Below are positions 1-7,450 of a stretch of 53,291 nucleotides of DNA, piece after piece. The stretch is from Candidatus Giovannonibacteria bacterium RIFCSPHIGHO2_01_FULL_45_24 (GTDB taxonomy: Bacteria > Patescibacteriota > Minisyncoccia > UBA11713 > 2-01-FULL-45-33), in assembly GCA_001778495.1 (NCBI GenBank), contig MFHE01000010.1, positions 1-53,291 of the forward strand, in the 5' to 3' direction. A model generated the notes under the pieces. That model did not search any database, had not been told where the DNA came from, and saw only the letters and a list, made by a program, of their open reading frames with translations. A program made the position numbers and the translations under genes. Positions within the stretch are counted from its first letter, which is position 1. Every line of letters starts with the position of its first letter.

Positions 1-91
1 CTTGCGGTTACTTGTGCCAACATTCTCACTTCCAAACGCTCCACTCCGGCTCGCGCCGTGAGCTTCACTGCGATTGGAACGCTCTCCTACC

Positions 92-437
92 AATTGGTGC
101 TTGAATTTTGGAGGGGAACTTTTTTAAGGCTCCCCAAATTACTCCTTTCGTTGCTAATTAATGAAGAAGGCATACGACACAACCTTCCGGGTCACTACAT
201 CCGCCACACCATCGTCGTTTTTTTCCATCGAAGTTTCGTTCGAAAGCGTACGGATTGCCGCTGTTCAACTCTTCACTTTTGCGCATGTGTTCCACGGCCC
301 ACTTCTCGCCTTTTTCCAGAGCTTTCGCAAAATCCCGGTTGAAACGTATCAGGTTCGGAACATCAACAATTTTCTTGGCCATGACTGTTCTCCTTTCCAA
401 AGAACTAAATTTTAAATCCAAAATTCAAGCACCAATT
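92..437 (-). other. Intervening sequence in 23S helix 45: 310-nt insert (110-419) closed by an 18-bp perfect inverted repeat
   Basis: aattggtgcttgaatttt (92-109) is the exact reverse complement of aaaattcaagcaccaatt (420-437). Conserved 23S sequence resumes on both sides. E. coli has only a short hairpin at this position (recalled). Confidence 0.75.
158..382 (-). CDS. 74-aa ORF inside the 23S insertion; C-terminal CxxC-x5-CxxC (WCGGCSDPEGCVVC); no family recognised
   Basis: Track ORF 158..421 trimmed to the ATG at 382, which has AAGGAG (complement of 390-395) 7 nt upstream. Same strand as the rRNA. Confidence 0.45.
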   Translation of the reverse strand: MAKKIVDVPNLIRFNRDFAKALEKGEKWAVEHMRKSEELNSGNPYAFERNFDGKKRRWCGGCSDPEGCVVCLLH

Positions 438-1929
438 CCTCACCTTCGGTACTCTGCTTAGCCCCGATAATTTTCGGCGCGAAGTCTCTTGACGAGTGAG
501 CTGTTACGCACTCTTTAAAGGATGGCTGCTTCTAAGCCAACCTCCTCGCTGTTTAAGAAACTCCACCACCTTCTTTGCACTTAGCAGAAATTTAGGGACC
601 TTAGATTGAGATCTGGGCTGTTTCCCTTTTGACCAATGGAGCTTAGCCCCCATAGTCTGACTAGCCCGTATATACAACTGGCATTCGGAGTTTAGTAGGA
701 TCGTCGAGCTTTCGCCCTATACGAACCTTCTAGTAGCTCTACCTCCAGTATTTTACGGGCCGCTAGCCCTAAAGCTATTTCGGAGAGAACCAGCTATTAC
801 CGAATTCGATTAGCTTTTCACTCCTTGCCACAGCTCATCCGATAGTATTGAACGGCTAAACGGTTCGGGCCTCCCCCCGCCTTTCGGCGGGGTTCACCCT
901 GGCCATGGCAAGCTCATCCGGCTTCGGGTCTATCCAGCACCTTTTTTGATAAATGAATATCAAATTCGCCATTTTAAGACTTGGTTTCCCTTTGCCTCCG
1001 GGCTAGACGCCCTTAGACAAAAGATGCTGGATAAGTCGTTGGCTCATTCTTCAATAGGCACGCCGTCATCCCGCGCCTTTGTAAAAAGGCGCGGGACTCC
1101 GACTCCTTGTAAGCATATGGTTTCAGGTACTATTTCATCGCCCTCACCGGGCTGCTTTTCAACTTTCCCTCACGGTACTGGTTCACTATCGATGATAAAA
1201 GGTATTTAGCCTTACCGGCTCGTGCCGGCAGTTTCCCCCGAACATCACGTTTTTCGGGGTACTCAAGTAAGGTCCAGAGAGTCAAAGGTGACTTTCGCTT
1301 ACGGGGCTATTACCCTCTTTGGCCGGCCTTTCCAGGGCCGTTCTGCTAGACAGACCTTTTTTGATTCAACTCTCCACGAGGATTAACCCTCATACGGACC
1401 AAACTTACTACTGCTCAATTTTCCTAATTAATAAATTAATCAAGAAAAAAGAACTCTGGGCTTTTCCCTTTTCGCTCGCCGCTACTTGGGGAATATACTA
1501 TTGTTTTCTTTTCCTCCGCTTACTGAAATGTTTTACTTCAGCGGGTTCGCCGCTCCGACGCAAGGTCGGAGCTCGTTTTGCTTTCGCAAAACGAGGTTTC
1601 CCCATTCGGAAATCTTGGGATCAAAGGTTGCTAGACACCTCCCCCAAGCTTAACGCAGTCACGCCACGCCCTTCGTCGCCCATTTTATCTCGAGCCATCC
1701 GCCATACGCCCTTTTACCCCCGCTAAGCGGGGGCGTAACCTGCCCCGATGCAAGATCGGGGCCGTCTTGTTAGAAAATGCGCTTACAAATTACACTATCT
1801 TGTCAAGGTGCGCACACGCTATAAACAAAAAATCCGCTCATCAGGAGCGGGGAAACACGCAAAAAACGAGAATCACCCACTTGTTGTTCCTAATGGATTA
1901 AAAATCTTATTCATAGATTATGTAAACCC

Positions 1930-1957
1930 ATTATAATCGCCCCGAAAAACAAGTCAA
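1930..1957 (-). promoter_or_regulatory. Sigma70-type promoter upstream of the 23S rRNA
   Basis: Minus strand reads TTGACT (1952-1957) - 16 nt - TATAAT (1930-1935), about 210 nt upstream of the inferred mature 23S 5' end. Confidence 0.6.
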
Positions 1958-1979
1958 GCCCCCCGCAAGCGGGGGGCTT
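1956..1979 (-). terminator. Intrinsic terminator after the 2005..2694 gene
   Basis: G/C stem gccccccg / cggggggc around a caag loop. On the minus strand it is followed by gacTTGTTTTT, 25 nt after the stop codon. Confidence 0.7.
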
Positions 1980-1987
1980 GTGGATAA
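1979..1987 (-). promoter_or_regulatory. Perfect DnaA-box 9-mer (TTATCCACA on minus strand)
   Basis: Plus strand tgtggataa, directly abutting the terminator hairpin. Confidence 0.35.
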
Positions 1988-2004
1988 TCCGAGATTCAAA
2001 ACAA

Positions 2005-2694
2005 TTACCTATTGTTAGAAATGTCCGAGCGAAGCTTTTCTATATAGCGAGCCGCAGCTTCCTTGCCGCCCAAGCCGAAAGCGAGGCCCCCGGCCAAAGC
2101 AAGCATGGCCACAACCGCCGTAAACAGCGTCTGGACAAACGGACCGGCAATGCCCAATTGGTAAAGCGCCGCCAAAATCGCGAAAATCCAGATAGCCCAT
2201 TTGGCAACCCCGCTCAAGAGTCTGGCGGAGGGCAAATGCGCCGCGCGCGCGCTCCCCTCAACAACATTGCTGACAGTTTCAGCTAGAAGCGCGGCCGCGA
2301 CTAAGATTAATGCGGCCACAATGACTTGCGGAATATAGGCAAGCACCACCGAGCGCAAAAATTCAGTCACCTGCGAAAGGCCGAGCACGTCAACGGCAGC
2401 CAACACAAACACCAGTATTACAAACCACCTCACCAATCCGCCCAAAAACGCTCCGGAGTCAAGCCGCATGCCCGCGCGGGAAACAACCTCGTCTGCCCCA
2501 ACGCTCTTTAGAGCCGTATCAATTTTTATGGCGCGGACAATCTGCTCAACTATCTTGCCCAAAGCTACGGCGATAACCCAGCCGACAATGAACACTATGA
2601 CGGCCACAACCAATTTCGGAACAAAGGCCACAACCCCTCCCCAAAGTTCCTGGAAAGACAGCACAAGGACATCGCCCCATGTTTGTACTAACAT
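2005..2694 (-). CDS. Integral membrane protein with repeated TM-helix modules (resembles the 'conserved TM helix' N-terminal region of MscS-type proteins)
   Basis: Track ORF, 229 aa, about 5 hydrophobic helices with internally similar segments. Confidence 0.7.
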   Translation of the reverse strand: MLVQTWGDVLVLSFQELWGGVVAFVPKLVVAVIVFIVGWVIAVALGKIVEQIVRAIKIDTALKSVGADEVVSRAGMRLDSGAFLGGLVRWFVILVFVLAAVDVLGLSQVTEFLRSVVLAYIPQVIVAALILVAAALLAETVSNVVEGSARAAHLPSARLLSGVAKWAIWIFAILAALYQLGIAGPFVQTLFTAVVAMLALAGGLAFGLGGKEAAARYIEKLRSDISNNR

Positions 2695-2701
2695 AATATT
2701 T

Positions 2702-2728
2702 TAATTTTTAATCTATAATTTTTAATCT
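2702..2728. repeat. 13-mer taatttttaatct repeated with a 14-nt period just upstream of the 2694 start
   Basis: Copies at 2702-2714 and 2716-2728; AT-rich, likely promoter region. Confidence 0.5.
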
Positions 2729-2875
2729 GATAACCCAACCAGGACCCTCGAGAAGCCCTCGTTGACGAGGCCAATAAGCGTTTGTATCGACCATATGCTT
2801 ATTCAAGCCGCATTTAGCTTTATAGCTTTATTTTAACATAAAACAGGCCTCCGCCAGCCGGCGGATTGGTGGGGG

Positions 2876-2884
2876 TGTGGATAA
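2876..2884 (-). promoter_or_regulatory. Perfect DnaA-box 9-mer
   Basis: Plus strand tgtggataa, 16 nt downstream (minus sense) of tRNA-Val. Confidence 0.35.
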
Positions 2885-2899
2885 AAATAAGCTCAATTT

Positions 2900-2971
2900 T
2901 GGGCGGCAGAGGATTCGAACCTCTAACCCCTGCAATGTGAATGCAGTGCTCTGCCATTGAGCTAGCCGCCC
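2900..2971 (-). tRNA. tRNA-Val (anticodon CAC), no encoded CCA
   Basis: Minus strand GGGCGGC-UA-GCUC-AAUGGCA-GAGC-A-CUGCA-UUCACAU-UGCAG-GGGUU-AGAGG-UUCGAAU-CCUCU-GCCGCCC-A folds as a canonical cloverleaf with a GGUUCGAAUCC T-arm. Confidence 0.93.
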
Positions 2972-2975
2972 AACC

Positions 2976-3614
2976 CTAGTCCACTCCCAATTTATTTATT
3001 AAAAATTCGTGCGGGTAGTCAAAGAGGTCGCGCAGAAGCTTGTCGTGCATGGCAAGCCGACGCTCAAATTCCGGAGCGCTCATCAAGGTCCAATTAAGCT
3101 CTTTGCCGACTTCAGCTTCAACCTTTTTTATAAATTTTTCCGCAGCGGCGCGCCTTACCTCTCCGATCACAAGCAAGTCCAGGTACTCCGCACCTTCCGG
3201 CCAGCCGTTTGAAAAACCTCCGGCGAATATTCCTCCGAGAGCAAGCAGTTTGATTTTGCCGCGGTTTTTAAAAAATTTAAGCATCCTTTCGCGAGACGCA
3301 GGCGAAGCGTCAACCAACAGATTTTTCAAAGCCAAAAGGCAAGGGAAGGTTTGCGAAAGCTGGACGCCTTTCACGCGCTTTTTTACGATTTTGGATTTCT
3401 TTCCGGCTTTTTTAATAAAAGCGTCCGTGCGGCTTGCCCTTTTCAAAAAGCCGACCGAGAGCAAAAATCTGGCTTCTTTTGCAGCCGCACCCGGAGAAAC
3501 GCGCAAAATCCTTGCCGCCTCCTTCGGTTCAAAAACTTTTTCCGGAGAAAGCAGGAAAAACCTTAAGAGTTTGAGTCTCGCCACGCCCCCAAAAAGTTTT
3601 TCTAAGATGTTCAT
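2976..3614 (-). CDS. Hypothetical protein, N-terminal winged-helix-like segment
   Basis: Track ORF, 212 aa. No catalytic motif recognised. Confidence 0.6.
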   Translation of the reverse strand: MNILEKLFGGVARLKLLRFFLLSPEKVFEPKEAARILRVSPGAAAKEARFLLSVGFLKRASRTDAFIKKAGKKSKIVKKRVKGVQLSQTFPCLLALKNLLVDASPASRERMLKFFKNRGKIKLLALGGIFAGGFSNGWPEGAEYLDLLVIGEVRRAAAEKFIKKVEAEVGKELNWTLMSAPEFERRLAMHDKLLRDLFDYPHEFLINKLGVD

Positions 3615-3623
3615 CGTTTTGAG

Positions 3624-3676
3624 AAAACTAAGTAATTTTTACGGTTGGCTTCTTTTAGTAAAAATTACTTAGTTTT
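3624..3676 (-). terminator. 19-bp perfect AT-rich inverted repeat between rplL and the next gene (terminator/attenuator-like)
   Basis: aaaactaagtaatttttac (3624-3642) pairs exactly with gtaaaaattacttagtttt (3658-3676), with a 15-nt loop. Confidence 0.55.
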
Positions 3677-3681
3677 TGAAA

Positions 3682-4056
3682 TTATTTCAATTCCACCGTC
3701 GCACCGGCTTCTTCCAGTTTCTTTTTAAGCTCCTCGGCTGCGGCCTTGTCCATCTCTTCTTTTACCACCTTAGGCGCTGCGTCCGCGGCCGCCTTGGCGT
3801 CAGCCAGGCCCATACCCAAAGCTTCGCGCAAAACCTTGATTACCGCAATCTTCGTGCCTCCGGCTGATTTCAACTCCACATTGAAAGTGGATTTCTCCTC
3901 TTTGGCTTCCTCACCCGCTCCCGCGCTGGCTGAAGCCGCCATAACTGGCATCGCGGCAGAAACCCCGAATTTTTCCTCAATCTTTTTGACCAAATCGGAA
4001 AGTTCAAGCGCAGAAAGCCTTGAAACTTCTTCCACTATTTTTTCTAAATCTGCCAT
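3682..4056 (-). CDS. rplL: Ribosomal protein L7/L12
   Basis: 124 aa with an Ala-rich hinge and a conserved C-terminal domain (KIAVIKVLREALGMGLADAK...). Confidence 0.97.
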   Translation of the reverse strand: MADLEKIVEEVSRLSALELSDLVKKIEEKFGVSAAMPVMAASASAGAGEEAKEEKSTFNVELKSAGGTKIAVIKVLREALGMGLADAKAAADAAPKVVKEEMDKAAAEELKKKLEEAGATVELK

Positions 4057-4058
4057 AT

Positions 4059-4090
4059 TACTAATTACTAATTTTTACTAATATACTAAT
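4059..4090. repeat. Heptamer TACTAAT x4 filling the rplJ-rplL spacer
   Basis: Copies at 4059-4065, 4066-4072, 4076-4082 and 4084-4090. mRNA sense is AUUAGUA x4, ending 2 nt before the rplL ATG. Confidence 0.8.
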
Positions 4091-4097
4091 CGACCGT

Positions 4098-4592
4098 TTA
4101 CTTTTGTTTTTTACCAATTTCATTTAACGCTCTGGCGAAACTCGCCATTGGCTGACTAAGCACAAACGCAAGCTGGGTAAGCAAAACCTCGCGCGTTGGG
4201 ATCGCCGCTAATCTTTTGATCTCATCGGCGCCGATCCATACTTTTTTCCAAAATCCCCCGATAATCTTCAACATCTCTTTATTTTTTCTGGCGAAATTCA
4301 CAACTTCCTTTGAGGATGCCAGCGCCTCGTCTTCGCCTTCGGCAAAAACCGCCCCGATCTCGCCTTCCAACTTCTCACGGCTCATTTCCAACCCCGCTTC
4401 CTTGGCCGCAACTCCCAAGAGTGTCTTTTTTGAAACCAAATAATCTCCGCCAGCTTTTTTGAGCGCCCGTCTCAATTCCTGCGCCTTTGCCACCGAAAGC
4501 CCGTGAAAGTTTAACAAAGCAATAAAACCAGAAACGCTCAATTTCTCTTTGAGCTTTTTAACCGCCTCTTCTTTTTGTTTTCTTGTAATCAT
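4098..4592 (-). CDS. rplJ: Ribosomal protein L10
   Basis: 164 aa, immediately upstream of rplL, with L10-like sequence. Confidence 0.93.
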   Translation of the reverse strand: MITRKQKEEAVKKLKEKLSVSGFIALLNFHGLSVAKAQELRRALKKAGGDYLVSKKTLLGVAAKEAGLEMSREKLEGEIGAVFAEGEDEALASSKEVVNFARKNKEMLKIIGGFWKKVWIGADEIKRLAAIPTREVLLTQLAFVLSQPMASFARALNEIGKKQK

Positions 4593-4707
4593 AAAACAAT
4601 TTTAGCGGCCCAAAAGCCGCTTTCGCACCTAGTGAGGTCTTAAAGTATCCCCGCCCCACTTCTACGGCAATGAACCGAGCATAGCAAACCCCAGAATCTA
4701 TGCAATA

Positions 4708-4736
4708 TTGACAAATAAAGTATAACATGCTAACAT
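4708..4736 (+). promoter_or_regulatory. Promoter: TTGACA - 17 nt (ending TGC) - TAACAT
   Basis: TTGACA 4708-4713 and TAACAT 4731-4736. Same architecture as the promoters at 9085 and 14849. Confidence 0.55.
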
Positions 4737-4772
4737 TATAAGCGGGGCGAATTTAAGCACAGGAGGTGCTCC

Positions 4773-5156
4773 TTGGCAAAAATAGTGAAATTGAGCGCGC
4801 TTACTCCAGAGGCGATAAGGCAGATCGTAAACATTTACCACAATACCTTGGGTGGAGAAATGGGGAAACTATACCACGAAAAATATCTGCTGGAAGGAAT
4901 CAAAAGAGATCTTCAGCATATCTCTACTTCAAAGTGGAGATTTGGATCTAGATTCTCTGAGCATTCCAAATTACTGGTGCAAAAGGTTTACGATTCCCCA
5001 TTCAGCAATTTCGAAAATCCGGTCGTGAAATTCGAATTTTACGCAGGAGAACGTAATCGCGAAGGCCGACTTATTGATTCAGATGCAGAAAGGTTTAGCG
5101 AGGCTTTTGAAAACGCAGTGGATCAATACCTGACAAACATTGGTCTCGCGCTTTAA
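4773..5156 (+). CDS. Hypothetical protein (127 aa), TTG start
   Basis: AGGAGG at 4761-4766, 6 nt before the TTG at 4773. Confidence 0.7.
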   Translation: MAKIVKLSALTPEAIRQIVNIYHNTLGGEMGKLYHEKYLLEGIKRDLQHISTSKWRFGSRFSEHSKLLVQKVYDSPFSNFENPVVKFEFYAGERNREGRLIDSDAERFSEAFENAVDQYLTNIGLAL

Positions 5157-5172
5157 AAACAAGGCCTAAAAT

Positions 5173-5225
5173 AGCGGTGAGGGATAACCACGTAAAACGT
5201 GTCCGTCCCAATACCCGCTTTTTTA
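5173..5225 (+). terminator. Imperfect hairpin followed by a T6 run
   Basis: agcgg..ggga / tccc..ccgct arms, then tttttt at 5219-5224. Confidence 0.4.
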
Positions 5226-5270
5226 TTTTCCAACGCCAATTAAAACCCATCACAATTCTATACTATATTC

Positions 5271-5312
5271 TATACTATCTATCACCAACGATCGTTGAAT
5301 ATAGATACTATG
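5271..5312. promoter_or_regulatory. 42-bp imperfect palindrome with a perfect 12-bp core CAACGATCGTTG (5286-5297), overlapping the stop of the PaaX-like gene
   Basis: Arms tatactatctat / atagatactatg match 10 of 12. The left arm is tandemly duplicated (attctatactat x2, 5256-5279). Confidence 0.6.
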
Positions 5313-5967
5313 CATGTTTGCGCAAAATATCTTTAAAATAATATAATACTTTCCCGCTCTTTAAATCGTTTGTCGTAAAAATCTCAACGAAAGGATGGAT
5401 ATTAAATATATCGCACAAAAATTTAATTTCGTGCTCGCATGGAAAAGGGTGAACCCATACGCTTCTCTGAAGCGGATAGAATCCTAAATTTTTTAGCTGA
5501 TTCCATAATGCATACCTGGATTTTTTAAATTTTTCCGGGATGTCAAAAATTACAACTCGCCATTTTTTATCCCATTTTGCCGGAGATTTTATTTCCAATG
5601 TTTCAAGTAATAATGTTTTAGTCAGTGCGCGCCCCTTGTCAGTAAATCTATAAACCAATCCGCCATCCTTGCTTTCGCCTACACATTCAAACACATTGCG
5701 CTTTTTTAAAGCGTGAAATCTTGCCCAAAGTTTTTGATACCGCTCCTGTTTGTCTTTCTTGGCTCTAGCCAAACCCTTACCAGCAATGGCGGCAATACCA
5801 GGCGCTACAACGGCAACGGTAAGTACCCCACCTAAAATGGCCGTGGCAAACAATGCCTTAATTGTCGATGAAGCAATTGGATGTTTAGCAACAAATTCTT
5901 TTACGCGATCTTTAATTTCGTCCGATATTTTCGGATCAGCAAAGTAAATTGGCTTATGTTTTGGCAT
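5308..5967 (-). CDS. PaaX-like (Cas2-fold C-terminal domain) putative regulator with an N-terminal TM segment
   Basis: 219 aa. WRVVIFDIPEKFKKSRYALWNQLKNLGFYPLQRSVWVHP matches the recalled PaaX-type signature. Confidence 0.6.
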   Translation of the reverse strand: MPKHKPIYFADPKISDEIKDRVKEFVAKHPIASSTIKALFATAILGGVLTVAVVAPGIAAIAGKGLARAKKDKQERYQKLWARFHALKKRNVFECVGESKDGGLVYRFTDKGRALTKTLLLETLEIKSPAKWDKKWRVVIFDIPEKFKKSRYALWNQLKNLGFYPLQRSVWVHPFPCEHEIKFLCDIFNIHPFVEIFTTNDLKSGKVLYYFKDILRKHA

Positions 5968-5970
5968 AAT

Positions 5971-6018
5971 CTATATACTATCTTTAAACAACGATCGTTG
6001 TAAATACATAGTATAGAG
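5971..6018. promoter_or_regulatory. 48-bp imperfect palindrome with the same core CAACGATCGTTG (5989-6000), 4-51 nt upstream of the PaaX-like start
   Basis: Shares tatactatct-N5-caacgatcgttg exactly with the 5271 site. Minus strand gives TTTACA-18-TAGTAT, then 7 nt to the ATG. Confidence 0.6.
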
Positions 6019-6031
6019 CACGGTAAGAAAG

Positions 6032-6739
6032 TTATCCCCAGAGCAGGGTGTATGCCGCAACGACGGAGGCGGTTTCGGAGCGCAATGTCAGACGACCCAA
6101 GGATATAATTTCAAAATTTGCGCGCCCTGCGGCGAAAATTTCGCGCTCTTCCCAGCCGCCTTCCGGGCCAACAAAAAGATTCATCTGCCTGTCACCCGCG
6201 CCGCGCATCATATTTTCTTTCTCGGAAACTGCTGCAAAATAAGTTTTTGCTCCCGAGAGCCCCGCTTGACCTACCGCCCGCTCAAAAAAAACAACCGGAT
6301 GCAATTTTGGGATTACCGCCCGCCCCGACTGCTCCGCGGCTTCTTTTAAAATCGCGGCACACCGCTCCGTATTTAAGCTTTTCTTTTCGGATCTGGCGGA
6401 TATTACCGGCGCGATCTCCGAAACCCCAATTTCTGTGGCTTTCTCCAAAACCCATTCAAACTTATCTTTTTTAACCAGCGATTGGTATAGAATCAATTTC
6501 TTTGATGGTTCACGGGTGTTTTCAAGTTTTTCCCTAAGCATAAGAGCTGCGGAGCCGGCTTCAATATTTTTGAGCTCAAAGACAAAATCAAAGCCGAGAT
6601 ACTCCGGAGCGCCGCTGAAAAACACGGCTTGTTCTCCTTTTCGAATTTTTAAAACGTCTCTAATCTGGTGAATTACCGAGCGGTCTCTCACCACCAAAAT
6701 TTCTTTATTTAATTCTTGCGGCAGATAAAACCTGTGCAT
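6032..6739 (-). CDS. rsmE: 16S rRNA (uracil1498-N3)-methyltransferase
   Basis: 235 aa, MHRFYLP... N-terminus and C-terminal GPEGGW..E motif. Confidence 0.88.
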   Translation of the reverse strand: MHRFYLPQELNKEILVVRDRSVIHQIRDVLKIRKGEQAVFFSGAPEYLGFDFVFELKNIEAGSAALMLREKLENTREPSKKLILYQSLVKKDKFEWVLEKATEIGVSEIAPVISARSEKKSLNTERCAAILKEAAEQSGRAVIPKLHPVVFFERAVGQAGLSGAKTYFAAVSEKENMMRGAGDRQMNLFVGPEGGWEEREIFAAGRANFEIISLGRLTLRSETASVVAAYTLLWG

Positions 6740-7419
6740 TATTTCGTATCAATAATTATAGTAAATTCTCCTCTTTGGCGCTCGCCCGTGAAGTGTTTTT
6801 GGGCTTCGGATAATTTGCCCCTGAAAATTTCTTCGTGAAGCTTTGTCAGCTCCCTGCCGATGTTTACATATCTATCGCCATTGGCCACTTCCAGCTCACG
6901 CAGAGTTTTTTGTACGCGGTGGGGCGACTCAAAAATAATTACCGGCATATTTATCTTGGCAACACGCCCGAAAAATGTCTGCCGGCCTTTTTTGCGCGGA
7001 GGGAAACCCAAAAAAATAAAATTACTTAAATCGATGTCGCTGGCGGACACTATAGCTGAAAGCGCCGAGGGCCCCGGGATCGGTATCACGGAAGCCGAGC
7101 TTCCACTTGGAAGTTCGGCTTCCAAGTAAGCGATGAGTTTGCGGCCCGGGTCGGAAATGCCCGGAGTTCCTGCGTCAGTGACTAGCGCCAAATTTTTGTT
7201 TTCTTTGATTAAATTTAGAATTTTTTCTAAAATTTTTGGAGATGAATGCTCTCGAAAAGAAATCGTCGGCTTGGAAATCCCGAGATGCGCCAGCAATTTT
7301 CTGGTTACTCTTGTGTCTTCAGCTAAAACAACATCAACTGATTTTAACGTTTCTATCGCGCGGAGCGTGACGTCTTTTAAATTCCCGATGGGCGTGGCTA
7401 CGATAAAGAGCTTTGGCAT
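6739..7419 (-). CDS. rsmI: 16S rRNA 2'-O-ribose C1402 methyltransferase (tetrapyrrole-methylase fold)
   Basis: Track ORF 6739..7539 trimmed to MPKLFIVATPIGNLKDVTLRA (ATG at 7419). DAGTPGISDPG and PGPSA motifs present. Confidence 0.88.
   Translation of the reverse strand: MPKLFIVATPIGNLKDVTLRAIETLKSVDVVLAEDTRVTRKLLAHLGISKPTISFREHSSPKILEKILNLIKENKNLALVTDAGTPGISDPGRKLIAYLEAELPSGSSASVIPIPGPSALSAIVSASDIDLSNFIFLGFPPRKKGRQTFFGRVAKINMPVIIFESPHRVQKTLRELEVANGDRYVNIGRELTKLHEEIFRGKLSEAQKHFTGERQRGEFTIIIDTK
7090..7127. repeat. REP-like palindromic element, about 1.5 copies, in-frame inside rsmI
   Basis: GGAAGCCGAGCTTCC (7090-7104) plus ACTTGGAAG-TTCGG-CTTCCAAGT (7105-7127). Translated in rsmI as LEAELPSGSSAS. 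Confidence 0.8.
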
Positions 7420-7450
7420 AAAAACATAGTAAACAAAAAACGCGGGTTTG

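Larger units (their letters stand above)
1..1720 (-). rRNA. rrl: 23S rRNA, 5' part (gene continues beyond window start), interrupted by a helix-45 insertion
   Basis: Minus strand carries conserved 23S blocks (complements of gatggctgcttctaagccaac 521-541, gagaaccagctat 785-797, ccctcacggtactggttcactatcg 1167-1191, ttcgctcgccgctact 1471-1486, ccccattcggaaatc 1600-1614). 5' end (~1718) placed by recalled similarity to the E. coli 23S 5' end, +/-15 nt. Confidence 0.9.

Noticed and set aside
58-1726. Track ORFs inside the 23S rRNA (58..342, 161..415, 255..461, 946..1209, 1319..1726; mostly plus strand)
   Set aside because: They lie within, and mostly antisense to, highly conserved rRNA sequence. 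They have no SD and no protein-like features. Only the SD-supported minus-strand ORF in the insertion (158..382) was kept.
4593-4700. L10 (rplJ) leader autoregulatory RNA
   Set aside because: I could not identify a convincing conserved structure by eye. Only a possible TATAAT (complement of 4735-4740) is visible.
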